The translations under genes were made by a program, and so were the position numbers. From Methanobacteriota archaeon (GTDB lineage Archaea; Halobacteriota; Bog-38; Methanoflorentales; Methanoflorentaceae): DNA of 64,000 nucleotides. Positions 1-10,533 of this stretch are shown piece by piece (positions within the stretch are counted from its first letter, which is position 1; each line of letters begins with the position of its first letter). The notes under the pieces were generated by a model, which worked only from the letters and a program-made list of their open reading frames with translations, was not told the origin of the DNA and did not search any database. Where the stretch lies: assembly GCA_963719035.1 (NCBI GenBank), contig CAVRAO010000008.1, forward strand, positions 64,001 to 128,000, written 5' to 3'.

Positions 1-168
1 CAATTGTATTGCGAAGCCGTCCTTAGTTGGATACCTCTCGGAGCCTCGCTGCACCCACTTCCGTATTCCCAGTACCTTAACAGCATCTTCTCCCTCGGAG
101 ACACTAATCTTCAACGATACACTTTTTGAACTCTCTACCTCGACGCCCCACAATTCTTTCCACTCCAT
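1..168 (-). CDS. PC4/YdbC-like ssDNA-binding protein (runs off the window edge)
   Basis: Manual translation MEWKELWGVEVESSKSVSLKISVSEGEDAVKVLGIRKWVQRGSERYPTKDGFAIQL; GAGGAGG SD upstream; the IRKW...PTKxG pattern resembles the PC4 family. Not in the ORF track. Confidence 0.55.
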   Translation of the reverse strand, partial: MEWKELWGVEVESSKSVSLKISVSEGEDAVKVLGIRKWVQRGSERYPTKDGFAIQL

Positions 169-192
169 GAAATCCTCCTCGCTTGCTGCGAT

Positions 193-1086
193 TTATAATG
201 CCTCACGGTTTGGCTTTCCGAGAACGCTCTCAAGTATCTTCACTAGATCGTGCTCTTTGACTGGTTTTAAGTCAGATGCTGAACCGGCTTGGCATAAGCG
301 TTCATATATCCTTACAGCTGTGGGCTGATTCAAATTAGCCCTAGCTAAAACAGACTTGTTATAAAATATATCGCGCGGCGTTCCAGTCGCGATAACTTGG
401 CCTTCGGCGATAACATAAATTCGATCTGCTATCCTCGCTGCGAGATCCATGTCGTGAGTCGCAATCACAATACTAATCCCGGAGTGAGTTTTCAGTTCAC
501 TCAACACTGATTCGATCTGGCGAGAGTGGAGCGGATCCAAGTCGCTCGTAGGCTCATCTGCAACGATTACTTCAGGATTCATGGCGAGAACCCCCGCAAT
601 CGCAACAAGTCTCTTTTCACCTTTACTCAAGTAGTACGGTATCCTATTAATTAGATGCTCAGCGCCGATGCGCTCCAAGGCGCTTATTGCAGCTTGTCGC
701 GCCGCTTCATTTGTCAGCCCCTTGTTGAGTGGCCCAAACATCACATCATCTAAAACAGTCGGGGCAAAAACTTGGCTGTCTGAATCTTGAAACACTAAAC
801 CCACCTCAGTAATGACGCTTGTCTTCTGAGTGACCTCCTGACTCAAGACGATTAAACGTCCTACTCGAGGCTTTATAAGTCCGTTCAGATGTTCAACTAG
901 AGTGCTTTTTCCCGCGCCGTTTGCTCCACATATGACTACTATTTCACCTTTGAATAGTGAAAAACAAACGTTATGCAGAGAACTCGTTCCATCAGGGTAA
1001 ACATGCTCAAGACAGTCGACGTGGATCAGTTCATCTTCTTCGAGTTCTCGAAATTCGCAGGCGCTTAGCTGCTTATCATTGGACAT
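193..1086 (-). CDS. cbiO: ECF/cobalt transporter ATPase
   Basis: Walker A GANGAGKST, LVFQDSDSQVFAPTVLDDVMFGP, LSKGEKR signature, DEPT; adjacent to cbiQ. Confidence 0.9.
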   Translation of the reverse strand: MSNDKQLSACEFRELEEDELIHVDCLEHVYPDGTSSLHNVCFSLFKGEIVVICGANGAGKSTLVEHLNGLIKPRVGRLIVLSQEVTQKTSVITEVGLVFQDSDSQVFAPTVLDDVMFGPLNKGLTNEAARQAAISALERIGAEHLINRIPYYLSKGEKRLVAIAGVLAMNPEVIVADEPTSDLDPLHSRQIESVLSELKTHSGISIVIATHDMDLAARIADRIYVIAEGQVIATGTPRDIFYNKSVLARANLNQPTAVRIYERLCQAGSASDLKPVKEHDLVKILESVLGKPNREAL

Positions 1087-1089
1087 CTC

Positions 1090-1890
1090 CTAGAAATACC
1101 TCCCAAAAGAATAAAATGATATAGAGAGCAACACGGCAACAAAAATAAACGCGTAACCTCCTGCAGATGGCCTTGGCACGTGGTATGAGGAAATAAGTTT
1201 TCCCTGATATCCTCTCGATTGCATCGCTTTTGAAACTTGGTCAGCTTTGTCGAATGACCTAATGAACGCGAGGGCAAAAACTGATCCATAGAACTTACCA
1301 TGCTTTCTAATTCCCGATAGCTTAAGGCCCCCACGGCATTTCATCGCAATCACCATTGACTCCAGTCCCTCCAACATCAAGAACAGGAACCTGTACGTAA
1401 GTAAGGCTATTTGGCTCAAAGGGTGAGGTAAGACTTTCGATATTATATGTGTCAAATAGTTGTATTTAGTTGTCATCAACAAAACTAAGCTATAGGAGAC
1501 CCCGGTAAGCGTTTTAACTATCAAGGTCACGAACAGTGCCACACCCTCAAAAGTGAGGTGTATTGGACCATAGCTTATCAGAGTTGATCCCGGAACGGTC
1601 CAAATAAGCAGGAACACAATGCTTGTGACGAAAAAAACCGGCAAAGTCCACCAATAGAGGAGGAGTACTATCGGCAGCTCTGACGCCCAATAGAGACAAA
1701 CGACAGCAAATAGCATCATCAGCAAGAGGCGAAGGTCTGTTATTACCGTTATGTCAAAAACCACGACTGGAAGTAGGATGATCTTCGTCCAAGGACTAAA
1801 TTTGTGGACGGGACTACTCCCAAACTCAGAGTAATGTGTTATCAAACCAAGATCTGGCAGATGCTTTTCAAACCCAAAGTCAGTCATCAT
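1090..1890 (-). CDS. cbiQ: ECF transporter T component (CbiQ)
   Basis: Multiple TM helices; T-component motifs AMKCRG and AMQSRGY; YRFLF. Confidence 0.9.
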   Translation of the reverse strand: MMTDFGFEKHLPDLGLITHYSEFGSSPVHKFSPWTKIILLPVVVFDITVITDLRLLLMMLFAVVCLYWASELPIVLLLYWWTLPVFFVTSIVFLLIWTVPGSTLISYGPIHLTFEGVALFVTLIVKTLTGVSYSLVLLMTTKYNYLTHIISKVLPHPLSQIALLTYRFLFLMLEGLESMVIAMKCRGGLKLSGIRKHGKFYGSVFALAFIRSFDKADQVSKAMQSRGYQGKLISSYHVPRPSAGGYAFIFVAVLLSISFYSFGRYF

Positions 1891-2065
1891 TGCCCCTTAA
1901 GCGTGACGATAAGCGTTGACACACACAACTATTATTAGCGCGACGCGCATAAAGGCTTCTAAAGATTAAATATCGGAGCTAACTCACGCTTGAACTTCGT
2001 GCGACCTTTGAGAAGCAGAAAAAAGCGTTGTTAAGCTCGGCAAGACTTCGAAAAAATCACGATTT

Positions 2066-2605
2066 ATGCGCGCGTTTTACATCGGCCGTTTTCAGCCATA
2101 TCATCTAGGACATCAGGAGGTCTTGGAAAAAATAGCTCGGGAATGCGAGGAGATCATTGTTGGCGTCGGTAGTGCGCAGCTCAGTCACACGTTTTCAGAT
2201 CCGTTTACGGCAGGCGAACGAATTTTAATGATTATGCGCTCGCTAGCGGATATCAATGTCTTGTTTTACGTCATACCAATTGAAGACATCCGCAGAAACG
2301 CGATATGGGTTTCTCACGTAATGACGATGGCCCCTCCCTTCGACGTCGTCTACACGAACAATCCTTACGTCGTGCGACTGTTCAATGAAGCAGGGTTCGA
2401 CGTCAAGTCTTCTCCGCTCTATCAAAGAGACAAATATTCAGGATCAGAGATTCGAAGAAGAATGCTCAATGACGAACCGTGGGAGCAACGTGTACCGCAA
2501 GTGGTAGCGGAGATTATCAGCCAAATCGACGGTGTCAACAGGCTGAAGGAAGTGTCTAGACAGGATAGCCAAGACAATTTACGTTTTGCCAACAAGCATC
2601 GATAG
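2066..2605 (+). CDS. nadM: Nicotinamide-nucleotide adenylyltransferase
   Basis: [28 protein letters not shown]. Confidence 0.95.
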   Translation: MRAFYIGRFQPYHLGHQEVLEKIARECEEIIVGVGSAQLSHTFSDPFTAGERILMIMRSLADINVLFYVIPIEDIRRNAIWVSHVMTMAPPFDVVYTNNPYVVRLFNEAGFDVKSSPLYQRDKYSGSEIRRRMLNDEPWEQRVPQVVAEIISQIDGVNRLKEVSRQDSQDNLRFANKHR

Positions 2606-2633
2606 GGCTGAAGCAGCGTAGAACTAAGTGGTC

Positions 2634-2783
2634 TTAGAGATAACCTAACGTATGAGCTAGTGCTGCAGTGATCAACAACAAGCCTGCACAGATGAAGACT
2701 GCGGACACCCTTGAGCTACGATATCTTCCACGCGCGCTGGATGCGGACCGACTCTTATCTTTAGATCGTTTAGACGAAGACAT
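2634..2783 (-). CDS. Small tail-anchored membrane protein (49 aa, hypothetical)
   Basis: Manual translation MSSSKRSKDKSRSASSARGRYRSSRVSAVFICAGLLLITAALAHTLGYL; basic Ser/Arg N-terminus and one C-terminal TM helix. Confidence 0.4.
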   Translation of the reverse strand: MSSSKRSKDKSRSASSARGRYRSSRVSAVFICAGLLLITAALAHTLGYL

Positions 2784-2978
2784 GTGTTTTTCTAACGAGA
2801 GAAGTTTTTCGCATAATGTTGCATGCTACATCAGTAACCGCAACTTCTTTTCGTAGTGAACTCAAACTTTGATTATTAAGTAATCGCTAAACAATGCGAG
2901 GCAGTTTACGGTATCAAACAGTGCATCCTTAACCTGCGTGTGCCAGTTCTCCACCTCGCAGCTCTACTTTATATGGAT

Positions 2979-3179
2979 TCATCTCAGAGTCACATTTATC
3001 AAGCGAACCACGTAGTTTTTGCCAATGTGCTCCCATCTGAAGTTGTATTTGTATTGTGGAAATTTGTTTTCTAGTTCTTTCAGCTCGTTAAGGCGTTCAT
3101 CCAAACAGCGCTCTGATTTGCAAACGAATACAAACCGCCACTTCGGAAGCGCTTTCGGATCGTCAACAAATTTCACCAT
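2979..3179 (-). CDS. Hypothetical protein (66 aa)
   Basis: ATG-start ORF in an otherwise empty interval with protein-like composition. Confidence 0.45.
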   Translation of the reverse strand: MVKFVDDPKALPKWRFVFVCKSERCLDERLNELKELENKFPQYKYNFRWEHIGKNYVVRLINVTLR

Positions 3180-3528
3180 GTCAGAGCCATCGCATATGAT
3201 TAAGCACCGCGAGGCAATTGCTTAGGAGTTTTTCATGCTAGGCCTGTTGGCATATAATTTTCGTCGATTAACAAATTTGAGATTTATAAAAAAAAATTGG
3301 TACAGGCAATAGGACCTGTCTTTGTCTTCAGGTTCGAGTAGCTCTTTTTATCTTTCCTCGATCGCAAGCTCAATCATATAGTCCTTACAGCGGAATTTCG
3401 AGACCAAATGTACGCTTAGTCTCATTGATTTCTAGACACGCAGCTAGTCGCATTTGTTGCTTTTACGTCATATTCAGTTCCGTCATCTGCCGCGAGTTTT
3501 TATAGTAAAGTAACTATATTTACATATA

Positions 3529-4653
3529 ATGCACCTGAATCGAAACGACGAAGACATCCTTGCTGGCGAATTGGGGGCTGTTAAACAAAAAGCAATGGAG
3601 ATCTTGGTCGCTCTTGGCGATATATATGAGGCGGAACGACTTGTCCCAATAGAGAGCGCTCAGATCGCCGGTGTTTCATATAAAACCATCGGCGACGCTG
3701 GACTTGAATACTTGACAGATCTAGCTGGAAGCGTAACCGTTCCAACAATGCTCAACCCAATGGGAATGGACCGATATAAATGGCGGCAAATGGGAATCGA
3801 TGAGTCGTTCGTTGAAAAACAGCTGGCCATTATAAGACGATATGAACTGCTCGGAATCGATGCCCAATGCACCTGCACGCCTTATTATGTGAATTCTCCA
3901 CGTAGAGATTCCCATTTGAGCTGGTCCGAGTCATCCGCCGTTTCTTATGCAAACTCAGTTCTCTGTGCTCGCACTAATCGAGAGGGGGGACCAAGTGCAC
4001 TTGCTGCTGCACTGGTGGGAAAAACACCACTCTACGGCTATCACCTCGATGAGAACCGAGTCCCGGATATATCTATAAAAACAGATTTTCCTCTAGCGGG
4101 AGCCGATTTTGGCGCACTCGGGTATGTCGTTGGGAAGATCGTTCACTCACGGGTGCCACAGTTTTCCTTTGTTACCCCCCCGAGCGATGATGAGCTTAAA
4201 GCTCTCGGTGCCGGTATGGCCGCCACAGGGGCTGTAGCCCTCTTTTACGCGGATAAAAGAGCAACACCAAGCGAAATGCTCAAACTAGAGCGTTCAGACC
4301 TTGACATTTATTCGTCAGGCGAACCTGACGTCGTCGTATTAGGGTGTCCGCACTGTTCACGTTCAGAACTTACGGAGATTGCGCAGCTTCTAGAGGGACA
4401 CACCGTCGAACGACCTCTCTGGATATGCACTTCACGGTTCGTGGCGGATCGGTGTAAGCCATTAGTCTCTCGCATTGAAGCGACTGGCGCCCACGTAATC
4501 TGCGACACCTGCATGATCGTGTCGCCAGCTTTTGAAAAACGAAGCATGATGGTTAATTCCGGAAAAGCACTTGAATATGGACCAAGCTTGTGTAATTCGC
4601 ACACTGTGATCGGAACAACTGCGGGCTGTATCAATATCGCGTGTAACGCGTGA
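3529..4653 (+). CDS. Aconitase X large subunit (phosphomevalonate dehydratase, archaeal MVA pathway)
   Basis: GVSYKTIGDAG, CTCTPY, WSESSAV..NSV..ARTNREGGPS, GCPH, DTC. Confidence 0.9.
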   Translation: MHLNRNDEDILAGELGAVKQKAMEILVALGDIYEAERLVPIESAQIAGVSYKTIGDAGLEYLTDLAGSVTVPTMLNPMGMDRYKWRQMGIDESFVEKQLAIIRRYELLGIDAQCTCTPYYVNSPRRDSHLSWSESSAVSYANSVLCARTNREGGPSALAAALVGKTPLYGYHLDENRVPDISIKTDFPLAGADFGALGYVVGKIVHSRVPQFSFVTPPSDDELKALGAGMAATGAVALFYADKRATPSEMLKLERSDLDIYSSGEPDVVVLGCPHCSRSELTEIAQLLEGHTVERPLWICTSRFVADRCKPLVSRIEATGAHVICDTCMIVSPAFEKRSMMVNSGKALEYGPSLCNSHTVIGTTAGCINIACNA

Positions 4654-4681
4654 TGATATCAAAAAGATAGCAGCGTTTTCT

Positions 4682-5089
4682 ATGTTTAAACGAATCAACG
4701 GCCGGATAATATCAAAAGGAATTGGCGAAGGGCAGGCCGTGGTGACGAATCAACCACTCTCATTCTTGGGGGGTGTGGATCCCAAACGAGGAGTCATAAT
4801 GGATTTAAAGCACGAGTTGTACGGTATTTCAATCGTGGGCTCTGTTCTTGTTTTTCCACAAGGCAAGGGATCAACAGTGGGATCGTATGTGATGTATCAG
4901 CTCAAAAGAAACGGCAAAGCCCCGGCCGCGATTATTAACGCTTCAAGCGAAACGATTGTTGCCGTTGGAGCGATTATCTCGAACATCCCGCTCATCGATA
5001 GACTTGATGTCGACCCGATTGCTGCCATCAAACCCGGATCACACGTCCTCGTAAATTGCGTTGACGGCTTCATAGAGGTAGAATCTTGA
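4682..5089 (+). CDS. Aconitase X swivel subunit (DUF126, PMDh small subunit)
   Basis: LSFLGGVDP, GKGSTVGS; follows the large subunit. Confidence 0.9.
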   Translation: MFKRINGRIISKGIGEGQAVVTNQPLSFLGGVDPKRGVIMDLKHELYGISIVGSVLVFPQGKGSTVGSYVMYQLKRNGKAPAAIINASSETIVAVGAIISNIPLIDRLDVDPIAAIKPGSHVLVNCVDGFIEVES

Positions 5090-6147
5090 ACGACCTCGTC
5101 AGCTTGGACCGAATTAATGCTGTGTTTCACGTTTACGAGATTCAAGCGAGTGGGCCAGTTGTCAGATATTACGGTGAACCGCTAGTTAACAGCAAGACGC
5201 TTTTAGCGACCCTCTGGAATGACTTCGCTGGGAAGGGTTACGAGCTGGAACTAAAGCGCGAACACGGCGAGTTTATTCTATTAGCGATGCCTGTTAGCGA
5301 TGCCGACGATAACAAGCATGTCAACGTTATTCTGGCAATCGCTACCACTTTAGCCATAACTCTCACCGGCGCAGTTCTTTTTTACGGCGTCAACCCCATC
5401 ACAGACCCTTTACTTATCTATAAGGGCTTGCCCTTTGCAGCAGCTGTCATGTTCGTTCTTGGCTCTCACGAGTTGGCTCACTATTATGTCGCGAAGCGCC
5501 GCGGAATGAAGGCTAGCTTACCGTTCTTCATACCACTGCCACTTATATCACCTGTCGGTACTTTGGGCGCACTCATCAAGCTTAAGGGAGCTATTCCAGA
5601 TCGAAAGTCTCTTTTTGACGTAGGAATCGCCGGGCCACTTGTAGGCCTCGCAGCAGCTGTTGTCGTTACAATAGTTGGATTTCTGCTCCCACCCGTCACC
5701 ACCAGCGCCTCGCAAGCGCAGACTTTCGCGTTAGGAACCCCCCTTCTCTTTGCGTTGATAGAAAAAGTTATTCCGTTGACGTCGACCGGTACGCATCCAG
5801 TGGCGTTCGCAGGCTGGGTAGGCATGCTCATAACCAGTCTAAACCTTCTGCCAGTAGGACAACTAGACGGAGGACATATTGCCCGAGCTATGTCTGGCGA
5901 AAAAACGACGTACATATCAGCAGCAGTTCCGCTCGTCCTTATGGCTACGGGAGTCTACTACTCGCTCAATGGTTTGAACGGAGAGATGCTCCTGTTTTGG
6001 GGATTCTTCACCTTACTGTTCGCGACCGGAGGACATCCGCGGCCGATCGACGATACGAAAAAGCTCGATAGTAAGCGTGTAGTCTTAGGAATTATTGCTT
6101 TTGGCCTATGCGTAGCTTGTTTCACCCCAATCCCGATTCAAGCGTAA
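5086..6147 (+). CDS. Site-2 protease (peptidase M50)
   Basis: HELAH, IAGP, NLLPVGQLDGGH, multiple TM helices. Confidence 0.92.
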   Translation: MNDLVSLDRINAVFHVYEIQASGPVVRYYGEPLVNSKTLLATLWNDFAGKGYELELKREHGEFILLAMPVSDADDNKHVNVILAIATTLAITLTGAVLFYGVNPITDPLLIYKGLPFAAAVMFVLGSHELAHYYVAKRRGMKASLPFFIPLPLISPVGTLGALIKLKGAIPDRKSLFDVGIAGPLVGLAAAVVVTIVGFLLPPVTTSASQAQTFALGTPLLFALIEKVIPLTSTGTHPVAFAGWVGMLITSLNLLPVGQLDGGHIARAMSGEKTTYISAAVPLVLMATGVYYSLNGLNGEMLLFWGFFTLLFATGGHPRPIDDTKKLDSKRVVLGIIAFGLCVACFTPIPIQA

Positions 6148-7244
6148 CAATACGCTTTGATAAGCGGAACACATTCAGCTTGGCAGCCATCCAAGCGATA
6201 CTCACCTTACGAGGTATCGAAGCAAGTTTTTCATCGAGTCCGCGCGATGGTGTCATGATCTATAGTGTGGCGACGCCGCAAGCGCGTGAAGTATATCACG
6301 AGGTGGAAAACGCGCGAACGCAATCTATATTCATAGCGGGCGGACCTCATCCGTCAGCCAAAGCACGCGAGGCACTAGAACAATTCGACTTCGTCGTCCT
6401 CGGAGAGGGTGAAGAGACGCTTCCTGAGCTAATCTTCACGCTCAAGGACGATAGCGACCTTGAGAAGGTGCGAGGCATCGCATATAAAAGGTCAGGTATG
6501 ATTTACAAAACCCGTCCAAGAACTCACGTACTGCTCGACGATTATCCGCCCTTCAACCAGAACCTACGGGCCCCAGTCGAGATCAGCCGCGGTTGCCCAC
6601 ATAACTGCAAGTACTGTCAAACACCGCGCCTCTTCGGCACAAAAATGCGCCATCGGAGCGTGGAATCGATCGCTTTCTACAGCAATTACCTGTCAGACGT
6701 TAGATTCATCTCACCTAACGCGTTCGCTTACGGATCCGACGGCCGCCACACAGCGCTCACAAGAGTATCTGAGCTCCTTGCTTCGCTTAGCGGTCAAGTT
6801 TATTTCGGAACCTTTCCGTCCGAGGTACGGCCTGAGTTTATTACAGACGAAATGCTTGATATCGTCAAGGAATACTGCTCAAATACGTCAATTCACATCG
6901 GGGCACAGTCGGGAAGCGATGCTGTGCTGGAGGAGACAAATCGAGGACATTCACGTTGCGACGTCGAAGGAGCAGTCGATATATGCCGCAGCCACGGTTT
7001 CTGTCCAGTAGTGGACTTCATCTTTGGGCTTCCGACCGAAGTTGCAGCAGATCAGGCGGAAAGCCTCGATCTTATTGACTCCATCGTCTCTGCTGGCGGA
7101 AAAGTGCGTGCCCACTACTTCATTCCACTACCTGGAACCCCCTACGAAAACGAGACGCCAGCACCCGTACGTAAAGAGGTACAGAAAAGACTTGGCAGAC
7201 TCGCGCGCGACGGTAAACTTACCGGTCGGTGGGAACCACATTAA
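6108..7244 (+). CDS. B12-binding radical SAM protein (start uncertain)
   Basis: IAGGPHPS, GEGEET, CPHNCKYC, FPSEVRPE. Confidence 0.88.
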   Translation: MRSLFHPNPDSSVTIRFDKRNTFSLAAIQAILTLRGIEASFSSSPRDGVMIYSVATPQAREVYHEVENARTQSIFIAGGPHPSAKAREALEQFDFVVLGEGEETLPELIFTLKDDSDLEKVRGIAYKRSGMIYKTRPRTHVLLDDYPPFNQNLRAPVEISRGCPHNCKYCQTPRLFGTKMRHRSVESIAFYSNYLSDVRFISPNAFAYGSDGRHTALTRVSELLASLSGQVYFGTFPSEVRPEFITDEMLDIVKEYCSNTSIHIGAQSGSDAVLEETNRGHSRCDVEGAVDICRSHGFCPVVDFIFGLPTEVAADQAESLDLIDSIVSAGGKVRAHYFIPLPGTPYENETPAPVRKEVQKRLGRLARDGKLTGRWEPH

Positions 7245-7312
7245 AGACCACAAAAAAGGCAAACGATTTAAAACAGAGGGCCGTAAACGTATTCTCGAGT
7301 TGTGAGGTTTTT

Positions 7313-7954
7313 ATGAAGTTTCTAGTCCTTTCGGATGCTCACGGCGTCTATACTCATGTCGCCCAATTGTTATATAAGGCTGGAGACGTCGATGCCGTTT
7401 GCGTAATTGGGGATATTACTGATTTTGGGCCGAATAACCTGGTTCAGGAGCTGCTTTCGCTGCTCGGAGAAGATGTACCAACACTTATGATACCGGGCAA
7501 CTGTGACCTTCCGACCATTGTTGAGACGATAGAAGAGTCTCCTGCAGTCAACTTACATCTCAAGAGTTTTGATTATGATGACATTAAATTCCTCGGAATC
7601 GGTGGGTCAAACCCCACGCCATTTAACACTCCTTTTGAACTTAGTGAGGCAGAAATTCAGAGTTATGTCGATAAGCTCTTGACCGAAGTCGGTGAAACGA
7701 CTATTTTGCTGTCGCACACCCCACCTAAAGGGTTCTTAGACACAGTTGACTCGAGGCACGTCGGCAGTGAGGCTATTCTTCGCGCTGTTAACATTGTCGA
7801 TGTGCTCGCATGTGGGCACATACACGAGCAGCGCGGCACGCTTATTGCCGGCAAAACTACGATTGTGAATCCTGGAATGGCCGCCCGCGGATTTGGTGCA
7901 GTCGTTGAAATCCTCCCTGAAGAGGGCTCAAACGTCTCGCTGATTCAAGGTTGA
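7313..7954 (+). CDS. Metallophosphoesterase
   Basis: SDAHG, GDIT, PGNCD, HTPP, CGHIHE; GAGGT SD before ATG 7313. Confidence 0.9.
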   Translation: MKFLVLSDAHGVYTHVAQLLYKAGDVDAVCVIGDITDFGPNNLVQELLSLLGEDVPTLMIPGNCDLPTIVETIEESPAVNLHLKSFDYDDIKFLGIGGSNPTPFNTPFELSEAEIQSYVDKLLTEVGETTILLSHTPPKGFLDTVDSRHVGSEAILRAVNIVDVLACGHIHEQRGTLIAGKTTIVNPGMAARGFGAVVEILPEEGSNVSLIQG

Positions 7955-8030
7955 GTCGACGCGAATTCTACGTTGGGCGGCCTAATCGTCCAACGATAAG
8001 GGTTTTAAGTATTAACCGTAAGTATCCACT

Positions 8031-8810
8031 ATGAGCGTTGAAAGGGGCGATTTCATTAGACTGTCTTACATTGGCCGATTAGACAACGGCGATGTTTTTG
8101 ATACCACGAACGAAGACATTGCCAAGGAGAATGATCTATTCGCTGAGGGCGTAAGCTATGCGCCGATAGTAATAATTGCCGGAGAGAACATGGTAGTTGC
8201 GGGGCTTGACGAAGATTTGATCGGAAAAGCGTCTGGCTACGAAGGACAAGTCAAGATTCAGCCAAAAGATGCTTTTGGCGAGCGAAAGCCTGAATTGGTT
8301 GAGGTCGTCCCTACACGCAGATTCGAAAAGAGGCCGACCCCTGGAACGCGAGTTTCCCTAGATAACAAGACCGGGAACGTCGAGAGCGTAGTAGGGGGAC
8401 GAGTACGAGTAGATTTTAATTCGCCTTATGCGGGTAAGACGATCAGTTATCAGTATACGATTGAAAAGATTGTTGACAAGACAGTCGAAAAAGTCAAAGG
8501 GTTGCTCAAGTACTACTTGAATAAGGACTTCGATGTTTCGGTCACCAAGAAAAGAGTGAAAGTTGACATGCCTTACGAATTAGGGTTCAATCCACAGATG
8601 CAGTATTATAAGAAACTGCTTGCTGAAAAGATAATGCTTTTTGCCGACGTGGAAGAAGTCGATTACATCGAAGTGCATAAGCGACCCGAACCCGTCAGCG
8701 AAGAAGCTACAGAAGAAGTTACAGAGGCGACTCCAAAGGAGGCTCCAGAGGAAAAAGCTGATCAACAATCGGAAGTGCCAGGAAAGAAGGAAACACAATC
8801 TCCTGACTGA
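8031..8810 (+). CDS. slyD: Long-type FKBP peptidyl-prolyl isomerase (SlyD-like)
   Basis: GDFIRLSY..FDTT, AFGER, RVRVDFNSPYAGK; acidic tail. Confidence 0.9.
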   Translation: MSVERGDFIRLSYIGRLDNGDVFDTTNEDIAKENDLFAEGVSYAPIVIIAGENMVVAGLDEDLIGKASGYEGQVKIQPKDAFGERKPELVEVVPTRRFEKRPTPGTRVSLDNKTGNVESVVGGRVRVDFNSPYAGKTISYQYTIEKIVDKTVEKVKGLLKYYLNKDFDVSVTKKRVKVDMPYELGFNPQMQYYKKLLAEKIMLFADVEEVDYIEVHKRPEPVSEEATEEVTEATPKEAPEEKADQQSEVPGKKETQSPD

Positions 8811-8960
8811 CAATCGTCACCCATGCTAAAAACTCACGCTTAAGACTGCGGCAATTGTCTTTCCCCATCAACCTGACATTAGTGAAGTGACTTCGGTTTT
8901 TCGCTGAATGCACAACACTGCCCGATGCCGAGCCGGGAACGAAGTCCATCGAAAGATCTG

Positions 8961-9407
8961 CTATCTCTTTAGCTCAGCCAATTTCAACAATTTTCCCTCG
9001 GGGCACGCTTGCGGCGCATCTCCGAGAACCGCAGAAATCGTGAGCCTTTCTTCTCGCACGCCGTCAGGATGGCACAATTCGTAGATCTTGCAGTCAATTA
9101 CCTCGCACTCATTCTGTTTGTACAAGATTTTCGAGCCGACAAATGCGTTTTTAGCGTCAATTGCGACGATACTGGGGCTTTCGACTACTTCGACGGCTTT
9201 AACTCCTAGATCATGTAAGGCGCAATCGTGCTTTATGTTCCCGCGCACGGTTACTATCCTGTACCGACGCCCAACGTCCAGATTCAGGCAAGTGTTTTTG
9301 AGCTTGCACGTCTCACATTCGTTCACAGGCCCATTGAATACAAACTCTGTGCCTATCTTGGCCACGCCGACGCCTATGAGTGTTATGCTAGCGTTTCCTT
9401 TTGGCAT
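8961..9407 (-). CDS. UPF0179 family protein
   Basis: ITLIG..AKIGTEF, CETCKLKNTCLNL; start placed at MPKGN. Confidence 0.8.
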   Translation of the reverse strand: MPKGNASITLIGVGVAKIGTEFVFNGPVNECETCKLKNTCLNLDVGRRYRIVTVRGNIKHDCALHDLGVKAVEVVESPSIVAIDAKNAFVGSKILYKQNECEVIDCKIYELCHPDGVREERLTISAVLGDAPQACPEGKLLKLAELKR

Positions 9408-9488
9408 GCTATCAATCCGATTCAATTTACGCAAACGCAATCTTACAAAAGTAAGTTACTCTGTTTGATGATAAAGATATCAACAAAG

Positions 9489-10523
9489 CTACTCGATCAC
9501 CATCGTGACCTTCGCTAAATCGTGAGCAGCTTTTTTCGTCAATCCTTCGCCAAGAATCGTATAACGTTCCGGTCGGACGTCCTTTGCGTGAAGGAGCGCT
9601 TGAATGATGTACTGATCCTCGACCCCCAGACCGCGCGCATCGACAGGGGCTCCGATGCTCTGAAGGGCTTGTCTTATTCGTTGCCAGTCGCCCCCATGGA
9701 GATAAGCCATCATAATCGTGCCAACGCCGCACTGTTCGCCGTGTAGAGCCGGTTTAGGGGCTATAGCGTCGAGCGCGTGACTAAACTTGTGCTCACTTCC
9801 TGAAGCTGGACGAGACGATCCAGCAATACTCATCGCTACGCTGCTGGAAACTAGGGCTTTTACCACAAGCCTAACAGAATCCTCAAGATTGGGCTTAATT
9901 TGGGTCGCCGAATTGAGGATTATCTCAGTGGACATGAGGGACAGCGCTGCGGCATATTCGCTAAACTCCTCACCTCGCAGCTTCCTCGCGAGTTCCCAGT
10001 CCTTCACCGCCGTATAGTTGGATATGATATCACCGCAGCCTGCGGCAAGAAGCCGATGAGGCGCCTGAGCTATGATCCTAGTATCTGCAATAATAGCAAG
10101 CGGCGTTTGAGCTTCTATAGATTGAGTCCCCTCACTAAAACGTATCGACGCGCGCATCGAGGCGATTCCGTCGTGACTTGCTGCCGTAGGCACACTTATG
10201 AAAGGTAAATTCGCTGTGACAGAAGCAATCTTGGCGATGTCAATAGTCTTTCCTCCGCCAACGGCGACGATAAATCTCTTATCTGTAGCATGACTTGCGA
10301 CTCGTCCAACTTCTTCCATCGTGGCCGAACCGACGACGAGTACCTCGGCCGGATATTCATTACCCAGGATGCCCTCAATCTGTCGCCCAAATGCACACGT
10401 GTGCTTTCCGCAAACTATTAACCCGTCCCCAGCAAGTTTAAGTTCCTTAAGCACGTTGGCAGTATCGCGTATAGCGTCCTGTTCCATTACCACTATTCTA
10501 GGGAGCGACATCCATTTTTTCAT
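9489..10523 (-). CDS. egsA: sn-glycerol-1-phosphate dehydrogenase
   Basis: [32 protein letters not shown]. Confidence 0.96.
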   Translation of the reverse strand: MKKWMSLPRIVVMEQDAIRDTANVLKELKLAGDGLIVCGKHTCAFGRQIEGILGNEYPAEVLVVGSATMEEVGRVASHATDKRFIVAVGGGKTIDIAKIASVTANLPFISVPTAASHDGIASMRASIRFSEGTQSIEAQTPLAIIADTRIIAQAPHRLLAAGCGDIISNYTAVKDWELARKLRGEEFSEYAAALSLMSTEIILNSATQIKPNLEDSVRLVVKALVSSSVAMSIAGSSRPASGSEHKFSHALDAIAPKPALHGEQCGVGTIMMAYLHGGDWQRIRQALQSIGAPVDARGLGVEDQYIIQALLHAKDVRPERYTILGEGLTKKAAHDLAKVTMVIE

Positions 10524-10533
10524 CGGTGATCAT

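Noticed and set aside
6108-6155. Non-canonical start of the radical SAM gene
   Set aside because: An in-frame ATG exists at 6108; the 40-nt overlap alone does not justify the claim.
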